A DNA stretch of 64,000 bases from the human T2T-CHM13v2.0 reference genome, Homo sapiens: assembly GCF_009914755.1 (NCBI RefSeq), contig NC_060934.1; one strand, written 5' to 3'. The notes below the pieces were generated by a model, which searched no databases, was not told where the DNA came from, and saw only the letters and a list, made by a program, of their open reading frames with translations. Positions within the stretch are counted from its first letter, which is position 1. Each line of letters opens with the position of its first letter. This document shows positions 36,675 through 50,033 of the stretch, piece by piece. Position numbers and translations under genes: made by a program.

Positions 36675-39650
36675 AAGGCATTTATATTGGAAAGGAAATA
36701 GTAAAACTGTATCTGTTTGTAGATAACATGATCTTATATACCAAACAAAAATCTTAAGCAGTCCCCTACAGATCTATTAGAAGTAATAAATGGCTTTTCA
36801 CACTACCCACATAGACGTCCATATGGCGTTCTTTCTGGATTCCCATCGTAGCTTAAAGCGAAACTTTTCACCATGTCTGGAGCCCTTGATGTCCTGCAAA
36901 TGAAGGAGGAGGATGTCCTTAAGTTCCTTGCAGCAGGAACCTGCTTAGGTGGTACCAATCTTGACTTCCAGATGGAACAGTACATCTCTATAAGGAAAAG
37001 TGATGGCATCCACATCGTAAATCTGAAGAGGACCTGGGAGAAGCTTCTGCTGGCAGCTTGTGCCATTGTTGCCATTGAAAACCCTGCTGATGTCAGTGTT
37101 ATATCCTCCAGGAATATTGGCCAAAGGGCTGTGCTGAAGTTTGCTGCTGCCACTGGAGCCACTCCAATTGTTGGCCACTTCACTCCTGGAACCTTCACTA
37201 ACCACATCCAGGCAGCCTTCCAAGAGCCACGGCTTCTTGTGGTTACTGACCCCAGGGCTGACCACCAGCCTCTCACAGAGGCATCTTACGTTAACCTATC
37301 TACCGTTGCTTTGTGTAACACAGATTCTCCTCTGCACTTTGTGGACATTGCCATTCTATGCAACAATAAGGGAGCTCACTCAATGGGTTTGATGTGGTGG
37401 ATGCCAGCCCGGGAAGGTTTGCGCGCGTGTGGCACCATTTCCCATGAACACCCATGGGAATTCATGCCTGATCTCTACAGAGATCCTAAAGAGACTGAAA
37501 AAGCAGAGCAGCCTGCTGCTGAAAAGGCTGTGACCAAGGAGGAATTTCAGGGTGAATGGACTGCTCCAGCTCCTGAGTTAACTGCTACTCAGCCTGAGGT
37601 TGCAGACTGGTCTGAAGGTGTGCAGGTGCCCTCTGCGCCTATTCATCAGTTCCCTACTGAAGACTGGAGTGCTGAGCCTGCCACGGAAGGCTGGTCCACA
37701 GCTCCCAATGCTCAGGCCATTGAATGGGTAGGAGCAAACACCGAAAGGTCTTAAGCTGTTATTGCACACGCTCTTAAGCAACATGGAAATAAGGTTGACG
37801 GAAAATAAATGTCAGTTTAAAAAAAAAAAAAGTAATGCATTCAGCAAGGTTGACAGATAAAATATCAAGATAGAAAAATATATTGGATTTTTGAGCAATA
37901 TTAATGGGCAAATTGAAAATGAAGTTATGAAACAATTTCATTTAAATATCTTAAAAAGAAATAATGTACTTAAGTATAAATATAACAACAGAAGTGTGGA
38001 ACTTATACTCTAAAAACTACATAACATTGAAAGACATTAAAGGAAACTAAATGGAAAGACATTAAATGTTGATATTTTGAAAAGATTTAATATTTTTAGG
38101 ATGGCAGTTCTCCCCCAAATTGATCTAAAATAAATTTCCTACTAAAATCACAGCTAAATTCTTTGCACAATTTGACAAGCTGCTCTTAAAATTAATATGG
38201 AAATTCAAGGGACCCAGTATAGCCAAAACAATCTTGAAAAAGACCAAAATTGTGTTTCTCACTTCCCAATTAAAAAACGTATGATGAAGCCATACCAATA
38301 TGTAGTTCTGGCATAATGATAGACATATCTATTAATGGTATAGAATTGAGAACAGAAATAAGTCTTCACATTTATGGTAACCTGTCTTTCTATAAGTGTG
38401 CCATGGCATAAAGAATAGTCTTTTCAATGAAGGGTACTAGAACACCTGCCCATCCATATGGGAAAAAAAAAAAGCTGGACCCCTATCTCATATGCAAAAA
38501 TTAACTCAAAATGAATTAAAGACTTAAATGTAAGAACTAAAACTGCAACCGTTAGAAGACATAGGGATACATGTTTATGACTGGGCATGGGATATGAGCT
38601 GGCAAATGATTCTTAGATAGGTCACCAAAAGCATGAGCAATAAGAGAAAAGAATAAATAAATTAGATTTCATCAAGTTTTGAAAGTTTTGTGCTTTAAAG
38701 GACACCATCAAGAAAGTGAAAAGACAACCCACAGAATGGGAGAAAATTGCACTCACATATCTATTTTATCTTGAATATATAAAGAATTATTTAGACTCAA
38801 TAATGATGAAAAGACAAATAACTCACTTTAAAAAATGGGCAGAATATCTGAGTAGGCAGTTTCCCAAAAGAAGATATACAAATGACTAAGGAGCACATAA
38901 AAAGATGCTCAACATAATTAGCTATCAGGTATATTAAAGTCAAAACTACAATGAGATACCATTTCACTCCTGCTAGGATGATGGGTATAATCAGAAGGAC
39001 AGAGTTTTGGCAAGGATTTGGAGAACCCTAAGGCATTGCTGGTGGGAATGTTAAATAGTGCAGCCTTTTTGGAAAAGAGTCTTGCAATTCCTTAAATATT
39101 TTAACATAGAGTTACCATATCCAGCAATTCTGCTCCTAGGTATATACACAAGACAAATGAAAATGTTTGCACAAATGTTTATAGCAGCATTATGTATAAT
39201 AGCCTAAACATGGAAACAACCCAAGTGTGTTACTGATAAATGAATAAACAAAATTTGGAATATCCATGCAATAGAATATTATTTGACAAAAAAGAAATGA
39301 AGTACTGATACATGCTACAACATGGGCAAATTTTGAAAATATCGTGCTAAATGAAGGAAGCCAGTCATAAAAGTACACATGTTTTATGATTCCATGTCTG
39401 AGAAGTGGCCTGAACATGCATATTTTTAGAGACAGAAAATAAATTAGTGTTTGCCTGGGACTTGTGAAGATGAGGTTTTCGGAAGTGATGACTCAAGAGT
39501 GAACTGGTTTTTTTGGGGGGTGTTGAAAAATGTTCTAAAATTGATGTGGTGATGCCTATACAACTCCAAATATACTAAACACCATTGAACTGTACACTTC
39601 AAAGGGATGAATTGCATAGTATGTGAATTATATCTTAAGGAGCTGATAAA
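36675..39650 (+). mobile_element. L1MB-like element (ORF2 3' half and 3'UTR), host of the RPSA retrocopy
   Basis: L1 sequence (CTGTTTGTAGATAACATGATC...) resumes after the RPSA poly(A) with TTCAGCAAGGTTG and runs to a typical L1M 3' end. Confidence 0.8.
36793..37831 (+). pseudogene. RPSAP6: RPSA (40S ribosomal protein SA / laminin receptor) processed pseudogene; uninterrupted ORF 36873-37754
   Basis: Intronless 293-aa [26 protein letters not shown]..., about 87% identical to RPSA by eye. It has a pyrimidine-start RPSA 5'UTR, AATAAA at 37804-37809, a poly(A) at 37819-37831 and a degenerate TSD (AAGTAAT...). It is inserted in an old L1. The pseudogene number is recalled, not verified. Confidence 0.93.
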
Positions 39651-42544
39651 GAATATATATTTATTGGTCTGTTTTACCCTTTGAATGGATTTTACCCATA
39701 TGTGATGTTTTTACCATGATACATTAATCATTTGCCAGAGTTTTTGTTCCTTAAATTATGCATATCTTACAAATGTAAAATGTCTTATTTGTCAATATCA
39801 CTACTAAACAAGAAAATAGTCTTTAAGCATTGGGAACCTCACTGGTGGATATGAGTTTTACACGATCATAATTTTCAGAGACCCAGGGAGAATTATCTCC
39901 CATTTTTTGATTAGTTTTCTGTACACTGTTGCCTAATTATCTTTCTGAAATACAGATTGATCAGGTAACTCTCTGATCCCAGCCTGCTTGTCATTGTCAT
40001 GCATGGTTAGTCCTTCATAAAATATGCTATTATGGACCCCATCTTTTACTAAATTCAGAGAAAGCATGCCCATGTCTCTCTGTGTTTTTTGTGTGTATGA
40101 GTTTCTCTATGTATAATTCACTTTAGTTTATTTTTCTTCTTTTCGCCTGGTAAAATCTTCAAACTTCAAGAAACAGCATATCTGTTATTTACTCTTTGAC
40201 CTTTTCATTATACCCCATATTCCTTGGTGCTTTCCAAGTTTTTTGTTCATACCTTTATTATAACACTCCTCGTATGTTGTTTTCATGCTTACTCCTCCAG
40301 TAGAGCTATGAACTTCTCATGACTTTATTTGTGCTTCTATTCCCTCACAGAGTACTTTAGATATAATAAGAGTCTCTTGGATTAATGAGTTCCTAATTTT
40401 ATTGTGGGTGCTCAGTAACATTTTTATTTTGATGATGTTATAATTGAGGTATGAATCAGACTCCCCTTACACTTTCTGCATATAAATCTTTTTTGTAAAA
40501 GAATTCTATACATTTTAATTATCCTATAAAAACTTAATTACCAATATTGTTTGTAGATGTCTGTTGCCAGATTTTTAAAAAATGATGCATTACCATCCCC
40601 ATAAATGATAATTGCCTTTTGCTTTTTTTAATATAAAAATGACAACTTTGCCTGTCAAATTATAAAAAATGTTTTCTCATTATTTTCATTTGCCATTCTT
40701 TGGTTACTGTGCTAGAGAATATATATGTCTATTGTTTGTTAGTGTTTATATCATTGCCCTTTAAAAAAATTGTAGTTGTGCAAGAATGGATGTAGGCAGG
40801 CTAAAATATGGACTCTCCAGAGATGTGGATATGCCTGGGAAATTGTCATTTGATTTACCTGTCTTCACAATCAGCATTTTGGACCGTGATACAGTTGTTA
40901 CTACCTATTTACACTTGGCTGATAGGCAGGCTCAAAGCTGTAGCCTCTTATTAGAGTCAGTCAAGGGGGGCCAGAATGGCAAGAGCCATTTTTTTTTTTA
41001 AACTGCTGGTCCTACCTCAGCAGCACCAGGAGAGTGGCAAAGGGGGCTTCTTCAAAGATTTTATGGTATCTTCACTTTATGTCAAAGTCTAAGCTATCAG
41101 TATTTTTCTTTGTAGTAGTTGGTGTATGTGCCAAAGTTAGAAAATCTTTCTCTGTCTTGGTTATTAAAATAAGTGGCTGAATTTTCTAATACCTTTATGG
41201 GTTCTGTTTTGTTTTGGTTTGTTTTTTCATTTGTGTGGGGTTTTTGTTGTTGCTGCTGTTGTTGTTTTTACACTTTTGGTTAAAGTGTGACAGGAAAAAC
41301 TTTTCTTTTTTTCCCTGAAAATGGTTCTGTTTTTATGCCAGCTTAATGTACTAATTCCCTCATTTCCGTCTAAAAAAAAAATCACCTTTATTTTAATACT
41401 ATATTGCCATAGGTACTTGGATCCGTGTTTGAACTCTGTATTTTTCTGTTGATCTGTATATTAGTACCAAATTGTTTCTAAAGCAATTAACAAATAATAC
41501 ATTTTAATACCTGGTAGTAAACTGCTCCCTTAATCCCATCATTATTACTCATCTATTTCAGAAGGTACTTTCTTATTATTCTTCCACATGAATTTAAAAA
41601 TCATATTGATATTTTCAAAATATCACATTGGAATTTGTAGGTTCTTTAGGAAGAAATAACATTTTAGGGTACATTTTTGTTTTCTTATCATATATCAAGT
41701 TTTTCATTTTAATTATTTATTTCATAGCTTTTTATTATCGAAAGTTTCAAACATACACAGAGAAAGAATAGTAGGTATAATGAGCTCCACGTTTCTATTC
41801 TCTATCTAGCTTCAGTAATTATTTACATTTGCCAAACCTGATTTAAGTACCTCTCCTATGAAGCAAGTCCCAGATGTCTTATCATTTCATCCTCAAATGC
41901 TCTAGATTGCCTGAGAATGGTCTCAAAAAACCCACCATCATATTATTCACAATGGTAATTTCTTACTGCTATTTAATATCCAATTTAGATTTGCATTTCA
42001 TAATTGTTTCAAAAATAGCCTTTTACAGTAAGTTTATTTGAATCAGCATCTAAAGAATTCAAACACTATATTTGTACCTTGTGTCTTTTATTATTACTGC
42101 TTTTCTCTCTCTCGTCTTTTTTTTTTTTTTTAATACTGTCATTGACCTTTTTTTAAAAGAGAAACTGTGTTATTTTTCCAGGAGAATATCTCACTTTCTG
42201 AATTTGGTTAGTTGCTTCATATTTAGTATTTGCTGAGAATTTGAGCTAGAGATTTGGTTAAACTCAGGTTTTATTTCTTTAGGCAAGAATCTTCTTAAAG
42301 TGATGCTCCATCATTTCCATTTTATCTCATCTGTGAGCCATCATATCTGGTGGTTCCACTTTTAATGATGCTGAGATTAATCAATATGTTCAGGTGTAGG
42401 TTTTTTGTTTGTCTGGTTTTCTTTCTGCTATTGTATATAGAACATTTTCCTTACTGTTTTTCTAGTAGGTTATTATTGGTGTCTGAGAAGATTTTTAAAG
42501 CATGTGTTTTAGTAACTGGACATCTGACCAAACTCTCATTACTG

Positions 42545-43263
42545 TGTCAACTTAAAAATCATGAGATCTGTAAATCTGGAAAAGAGAACTTTATTTCTGA
42601 GAAGGGTTACAACCTGTAGGCTGGGAAGCACAGCCTCTGGATTAGATCAAAAGTAGCCATTTCAAAGACGATGGGTGAGAGAGGAGTTTTACACTAAATG
42701 GGTTAGCTGAACATACATATTTAACAGGTTATAGGAGGAGCTATGAGTATTCATGAAAGGGGTTACATGTATGTATGATAAGCAAACATAACATGTTACA
42801 TATGTCCCATGTTCGCTTTGGAATGGAGACTTAACATTAAAAATGTGGTAAAATCAGACTCTATACATCAAAGGTGAAACTTAGGACTCAAAGGTGCTTT
42901 GTGCACATTCTCTGTAAACTGACCAGTCCATGGTCAATTGTCGTTTATCAGGAAGGATTGCTTTGTAAGTTGGTCAGCAGTCATGTCAAAACCATGAAAA
43001 GGGAGGGGAATCTGGCCACAACATCAGGCAGTTGGTCAGTGGAAGAATTTTCCATTCTTTCTTTTCCAGGGCTGGTGTTTGTTTAACTCTTAGGAAAAAT
43101 AGTCTAATGACAGGTAGTGAGGAAGAGTGTATACTGAGACGTGACCAACCTCCTATCTCATCAAGGCCGGGAAACTTCGTTTTTAAAGTTTTTCTGGGGC
43201 CTCCTTAGCCCACAGACATCTGTTCAGTAGGTTGGGGCACTTAGGATTTTACTTTATCTCACA
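42545..43263 (-). mobile_element. Solo LTR, MER39-like (ERV1)
   Basis: The minus strand begins TGTGAGATAAAGTAAAATCCTAAGTGCCCCAACCTACTGAACAG and ends TTGACA, with AATAAA near the 3' end. Confidence 0.7.
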
Positions 43264-43989
43264 AATATCTAATAAAATTTTTGGGTGATCCTCTTCAGTG
43301 ACTAGTATAGAATTGTCACACTTGAGCTTTGGAGATGAGGTGTCTCAAATTAAACCCTAGGATGGTTATTTAGTCTTTCTGTGCCTCAGTTTTTTTTTTT
43401 TTAAATCTATGAAATGGAGATCATGTGTCTACCTCATAGGTTTATAATGAAGATTGAATCACTTCCCATAATAATCAGAAACTACATATTTGGGCTGGGA
43501 GCAGAGGCTCACACCTGTAATCCCAGCCCCTTGAGCCCAGGAGTTTGAGGTTATAGTGAGTTATGAGCATGCCAAAGCACTCAGAGTGAGATTCTGTTTC
43601 AAAAAAAGAAAGCAGATGTTTGTTTTTTAATTTTTCCATATCTTTTGCAGATTGTGATATTGTGCTTTCCCTTTTTTTCATATTTTAGGCCTTTAATTTT
43701 AGGATGTAATTATATAGACCATAACAGTTAAAAAATAGCAGTGATAACATGCATCCTACAATAACATGAATAGCTAATATTTATTTTAGTATAATTTTCT
43801 TCTTGTATAATTATGTTGTTTTAGTAGTATGTTTTGAATATCACCAGAATAAATTTTTGGTATCTATTAAAATAATACTATAATTTCTTTACATTGATCT
43901 TTTAAGATACAGTTTATCCAATACTTATGATGCCAGGTTCCAGAATGCATTAGAAGAGTGTTTGTGGCATAGGGAATGTTGGAACAGAA

Positions 43990-45640
43990 GCAACACTTTA
44001 CAATGTTAAATAGTTTTATTGAGAAGGTGAGATTTGGGTAAAGACTTTCAAGATGAGTGAGGATCCATATGGGTTTCTGGGGGAAATCCAGTTCAGTGGA
44101 GGGGTTGGCATTTGCTAAAGGAGGGCATGTTTGGTGTGTTTCAAAATCCAGTAGGGAGCCGGGTGTGGTGGTGTGCTTCTGGAGTCCTAGCTGCTCAGGA
44201 GGCTAAGGTGGGAGGATTGCTTGAGCCCAGGAGTTCAGATCTAGCCTGGACAACATAGCAAGATCCCATCTCTAAAATAAAATAAAAATTTAAAAAATTG
44301 TTTAAAATCCTGTAGAGAGTTCAGAGTGGTTGGAGCAGAGTAATGGAGAATAGTAGACAATGGAGTTAGAGAGGCAATGAGAGGTAAAGGGAAGTGGCTT
44401 GAACCTGTAGGGCCTCATAGACTATTGTAAAGATTTTTGCTTTTTAGTGAGTGTTGTTGGAAGCATTACAGGGTTTTGAACAAAGGAATGACATACTTTG
44501 GCTTGCATTTAAAAAGGACAGCTCTATGTGCGTGGAGTCAAGGGTGGAAGCAGAGAGGTTAGGAAATCATCGCAACAGTCTAGGCAAGCAGTTATGGTAA
44601 CTTGGATGGGTGGTAGCGTGGAGTTAATGAAAAGTGGTTGAAATCTGGAAATAGTTTGAGAACAGGCTTTTCAAATGGACTGGATGTGGTGTGTGAATAA
44701 CACTCTTCTCACTGGTCTTGTTGCCTCTCCAATCCAGTTATACACAGTAGCAAAAATGATCTTACTTTACATTTGATAATTTCACCTTCTTGATTAAAAT
44801 CCTTCAGTGACATACTATTACACTGAATAAAATTTATCCTTCTTAATATAACCAACAAGGCCCACATAATCTAGAACTGCATATTTTTCTAACCGTTTTC
44901 ATCTCCCTGAGCTCCAGCCATACAGGTGTTAAATTGTTTTAATATGCCAAAGTTTTTCCTGCCTCAGATGCTTTGCATTGCTCCTCCCTCTGGAAACTTC
45001 CCCTAACCGTAAGGTCACTCTTTACCCAATCAGCTCATTTGCATGTTTCACGTCTCAGTTTAAATGTCCTTTTGTCTATTTAAAATATATTTTAGCTGAG
45101 TGCCTTTAATCCCAGCTACTTGGGAGGCTGAGGCAGGAGGATAACTTGAGGCCAGGAGATAGAGACCAGCCTGGGCAACATAGAGAGACCTGGTCTCTGA
45201 AAAATTGAAGAATTAGCTGGGTTTGATGGCTTGCACATGTAGTTCTAGCTACACAGGAGGCTGAGGCAGGGAGGATCACTTGAGCCCAAGAGTTCAAGGT
45301 TACAGTGAGCTATGATTGTACCACTGCACTCCAGTCTGAGTGACAGAGTGAGACTCCATCTCTAAAAAAATAAATAATTGGTTCCTTCTTTGCCTGCCTC
45401 CCACTCTTTGTCTTTCTCAAACATTTTTTTCTTCATAGCATTTCTTAGAATTATGCATTTTATTTCTGTGTAATGTTTTTGTTTGCTATGCTTTGCATTT
45501 TATATTGTGTGGAATCTCCATGAAAATAAGGACCAGCCTGACTTGTTCAAGTTTGTGGTCAAGTAACAGGATGGTACCTGGCCCTTAGAACTATCTTTAT
45601 AAATATCATTAGATTGGATTGACTGACTCAATTAATGAAC
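43990..45640. mobile_element. LINE-2 relics with nested FLAM (44157-44288) and AluJ (45094-45376)
   Basis: L2-like purine-rich and pyrimidine-rich segments (GGGTTTTGAACAAAGGAATGACAT; TAAAATCCTTCAGTGA...) plus Alu-derived pieces. Confidence 0.55.
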
Positions 45641-45815
45641 AAATGAACAAACAAAATAAATCATTATATGCTGAAGTAGCAGTCCTGGACATTGTATCTA
45701 ATTTAGATTTTAATTTAACCTTGTTATTTTGATACTCGCTTCCCTTAATCAGTCATTGCATGTTCCTTATTGTAAGGTGGTTGTTTTTCTTTATCATGAG
45801 AAGAATAGTTCTTCT

Positions 45816-46121
<306 letters not shown>

Positions 46122-47440
46122 CTATTAGCTTCTAGGCAAAATCTTAAATTTCAGAAAATAATTATACTCATATAGTCATACTACCTGTCAGGGAAATGTG
46201 TCAAAGGAAATATGAAACAATAGCTTTAAAGTTGTCCCGCACCCTCACCCTGTTTTTCTTTTGAAGGTATTATACTAAAGGAAGAAAGGGAAAAAGAGAA
46301 ATCTATGATGTGAGTTCAAGTTTACTACTGTAAGTGTTTAAGAAAGGGCTCTGTTACCATGACAACAAATGCATGAATTTCAAGTGGAAAATTTTCAGTG
46401 TATGGGACTGATAAAATTGTAACATTCTGATTTTCTCTGGTATAGAATTGTTCTTTGTCAAGTTAAAAAAAATCTGTTAATATATGTTAAAATTAAATTT
46501 TTAAATGTTTTATGATATTGTTTTCTAATTGTTTATTATAACTTAAAATCATAGCCAAAAGAGTGTACTTTCGTAGATCTGTCAAGCAGAAAGTTAAGTA
46601 TTTGATTTGACATTAAAAATTACTTTTCTAATCTGTATTAGATTTTTGCTAAATGGTAAATAAAATGGTAAATAGTTTCATGTATTGGGAGTTCTTGACA
46701 ATAGAAAATGACCTGCCACTTTATAGATTCCTTTGCCTTAAATGCTTACTAACTCAGGTAGAGGAAAGCTGTTAAGCTTTAAGTGCTTTGTCATATTTGC
46801 AGGCTTTTATAGTGGAAGAGAACAGCAGTCAGCAATGATGATGGAAAACTGTGGCAGGTAGACTTAAAACACCATAAAGCACAGACGATTGTGTGTAATG
46901 CCTTGAATTGAATCCTTTTTGAATGAAATGATCAGCCATATGTGCCACCCTTATGGACCCTGTAAGAAGAGTAGAAGAAATGTGCCCTAATGCTAACTGT
47001 GCATGAAATTGCAGTGTTAGGAGATATTGACCAGATGTTTCAATCTCAGCAAATGGCTTGTTATGTGACTGAGTGAAAATATCTTTGCTGCTTTGATCAC
47101 ATACACCTTGAAGGAAGGGGTAATTTAATAGAGGCTGTCATAGTTCATCATTGTCAATAAACTTTGACTTGACCTTTGCCTTACGTTTTTGATGTTGCTG
47201 CTGTTAAGTGTTGTTGGGCAGATGTTTACTGCCTTGAGGGATTTTGCTTTTTATAAAGTGTATACTAGAAAAAGTAAAGGAGAAGGATTTTCTCAATTCT
47301 TTTCTTATTCTTTGGTTATTAGTTGGCATGCTTCTCTGTGGATTTTGTAGAATTTCTGGGCAGATGCATTTGAGTGACATTCTTATGTCTAAAGATCACT
47401 GTGGTGTTTCTCTAAAGGTTTCTTCCTTTCCTCACCTTCC

Positions 47441-47736
47441 TTTTTCTTTTCTCGAGACATGGTCTCACTCTGTCACTCAGGCTGGAGTGCAAGTGATGTA
47501 ATCTTGGCTCACTGCAGCCTCTACCTCCCAGGCTCAGGCGATCCTCTCACCTCAGCCTCCTGAGTAGCTAGAACTACAGGTGCACACCACCATGCCTGGC
47601 TAATTTTTGTATTTTTTCTAGAGATGGGGTTTTACCACATTGCCTAGGCTGGTCTCGAACTTCTGAGCTCAAGCCATCTGCCGGCCTCAGCCTCCCAAAA
47701 TGCTGGGATTGCAGGTGTGAGCCACCGCACCTGGCC
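47441..47736 (-). mobile_element. AluJ
   Basis: Antisense Alu. Confidence 0.88.
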
Positions 47737-48719
47737 CTTTCTCACCGTTTTGTCCTGGTTTTAATTTACCACAATAAACTTCCTTGGTGGTTTTTCTTTC
47801 TTATTTTATATACAGCCTATTCTTTTGTTCTGATGAAAGTCACATTGAATTAAAACTTGACACCTATTGTAACACCATACCAGGTGCTGTGTTATTTTTT
47901 TATCCCTAGTTTTGGAGACCTTTGGAGATAAATCCATGCTATTTTGTAATCCATTTTTGTTAATCTTAAGAAATTGAGTGAAAGTTTCAGTAACACAATT
48001 TTTTTAAAATTATAAGATACAGTATTTTAAAATTTTGGTAAATAGCTTTGGATTAAATGAGTTTCTTGTTTAATTTGATGAATTTGACTCAGTTCTATAA
48101 CCTTTTTGCTCTTTTTCTTGAAAAGAAAAAGGCTTCCTCACTGGCTATATCTGGGTTCTGCCTACACTCTTCCCTCACTTCCCCTTGGTGTAGGTGGCCT
48201 AGACCGTGTTAGTCACCTAATGAAATCTGTGAATCCTCTCTTGAAAAACACAGCAAAGTTTCCTTACAATTTCAGGATGTTTATTGGATTTTCCCCCCCT
48301 CCTCTCACACATACCCTGCAATGATAGGGGCCCCTGGACTTCAAGCAGACTAACAAAGCTTAGAAAATAAGATTCATACTCCTTCTTAGTATTCTAGATA
48401 TATAACAATTTGACTTAGAAGTAACAATAACAATAGTATTAGTGATACTGCTACAATAATTACAACAGTAATAATAATAATAATAATTAAAATTTACTTT
48501 CTGCCAACCTTATGCCAGATTCTATGCTGAACCTTTAACCTGTATTACTGGTTATATTGTTAATGATACCTCTAGATAGAGTATATGCAGCATACTTTTA
48601 TTCTGTACTTTAGGAAATACTATATCTTTAGAATACAGATTTGAGTAAGAGATTATAAGCATTTTGATTCTAAGACTTTTTGGAATACTGAACTTTTAGT
48701 TTTCTGATTCCAGTAGTCA

Positions 48720-48734
48720 GTCTGTCTGTCTCTG

Positions 48735-48770
<36 letters not shown>

Positions 48771-48772
48771 TT
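48720..48772. repeat. (TCTG)/(TCTCTG)/(TC) compound microsatellite
   Basis: Seen directly in the sequence. Confidence 0.9.
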
Positions 48773-48856
48773 TCTCGGCCTCTCTGCCATTCATCTTCTT
48801 CTGAAAATTAGCTATCCCACGTAAGCCTCATATATCCCCTAATTCCTATTTGTAGT

Positions 48857-49328
48857 TGTGAGGGAGGAAAAATATTTTCCTTCTAAGTTCTCTGCTGTAA
48901 GATTCTTGTAACAAAAGACAGATTAACAAAAGTTAAGTACACTAATTTATATTCTAAGTTTTATGTAACATAGAGGGAAATGAAGACTTGAAGAAACAAT
49001 TAAACCTGGTGTTTTTACATTAGGTTTTATGAAGAGTGGAAGGGAAAGGCAATAGGACAAAAAGGGGTATGAACTAAGAGTAGTAAACTGAGGGGACCTT
49101 AGCAAGACCTGTTTTTTAGATTCATCTCATGTCCTTACATCTTCTGAGATAAGGATGTTCTTTTTTTCTGCATATAGTAAACATCCTCTCACATGGATGG
49201 TCTTATGATTTGCTTCAGAGGAAATCAGAAAGTCCTTCCTGCACCTGCTGTTCTCAAATTCCTTCAGCTTAAAATTTTCAGTATGTCAAGTGCCATATTT
49301 TGGGGGTAGTGTGTCCTGATCTCCATCA
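48857..49328 (-). mobile_element. Solo LTR, MER31-like (ERV1)
   Basis: TG...CA ends with a 4-bp TSD TAGT (48853-48856, 49329-49332). The minus strand starts TGATGGAGATCAGGACACACTACCCCCAAAATATGGCAC. Confidence 0.75.
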
Positions 49329-49730
49329 TAGTTAAGTGTCAGCTTGGACACAGTTTCTCATATTTATCTTAGGAAATCTTCTTTGGCCACTCTGCAAAGA
49401 CTAAGGTGCTACTTGCATGTTCTGCAACAACTCCTATTATATATATATCATCTCTTAAAATAAATAGTAACATATCTTGTATGTAAGCTTTATGTACCCT
49501 TAAATTGTAAGTTTTAAGAAGATACAATCCTGGCTTTCCTGTTCACTTATTTGACAATTATTTAATTGCATAGAATGTAGCAGGCACTCTTCTAGATTTG
49601 GAAACACACCCTACAACTCTTTTAAAAAAGCCAAGAAAACAGTCTTGAACAGCAAATTACCATTAAGTGGAATTAATTCTATGATAGGAATGATACAGTT
49701 TGTTGCGGCAACATAAAATGCAGGCATATA

Positions 49731-50033
49731 GGCTGGGCACGGTTGCTCACACCTGTAATCCCAGCACTTTGGGAGGCCGAGGTGGATGGATCACTTGAGG
49801 TCAGGAGTTCAAGACCAGCCTGGCCAACATGGTGGAACCCCACCTCTATTAAAAATGCAAATATTAGCTGGGCATGGTGGCATGCACCTGTAATCCCAGC
49901 TACTCAGGAGGCTGGGGTAGGAGAATTGCTCGAACCTGGAAGGCAGAGGTTTGCGGTGAGTCAAGATCGCACCACTGCTCTCCAGCCTGGGTGACAGAGC
50001 AAGACTCCGTCTCAAAAAAATAAAAAATAAATA
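49731..50033 (+). mobile_element. AluS
   Basis: Sense Alu. Confidence 0.9.

Noticed and set aside
36803-37784. Antisense and alternative-frame ORFs (157, 106, 83, 68 aa)
   Set aside because: Shadow frames of the RPSA retrocopy.
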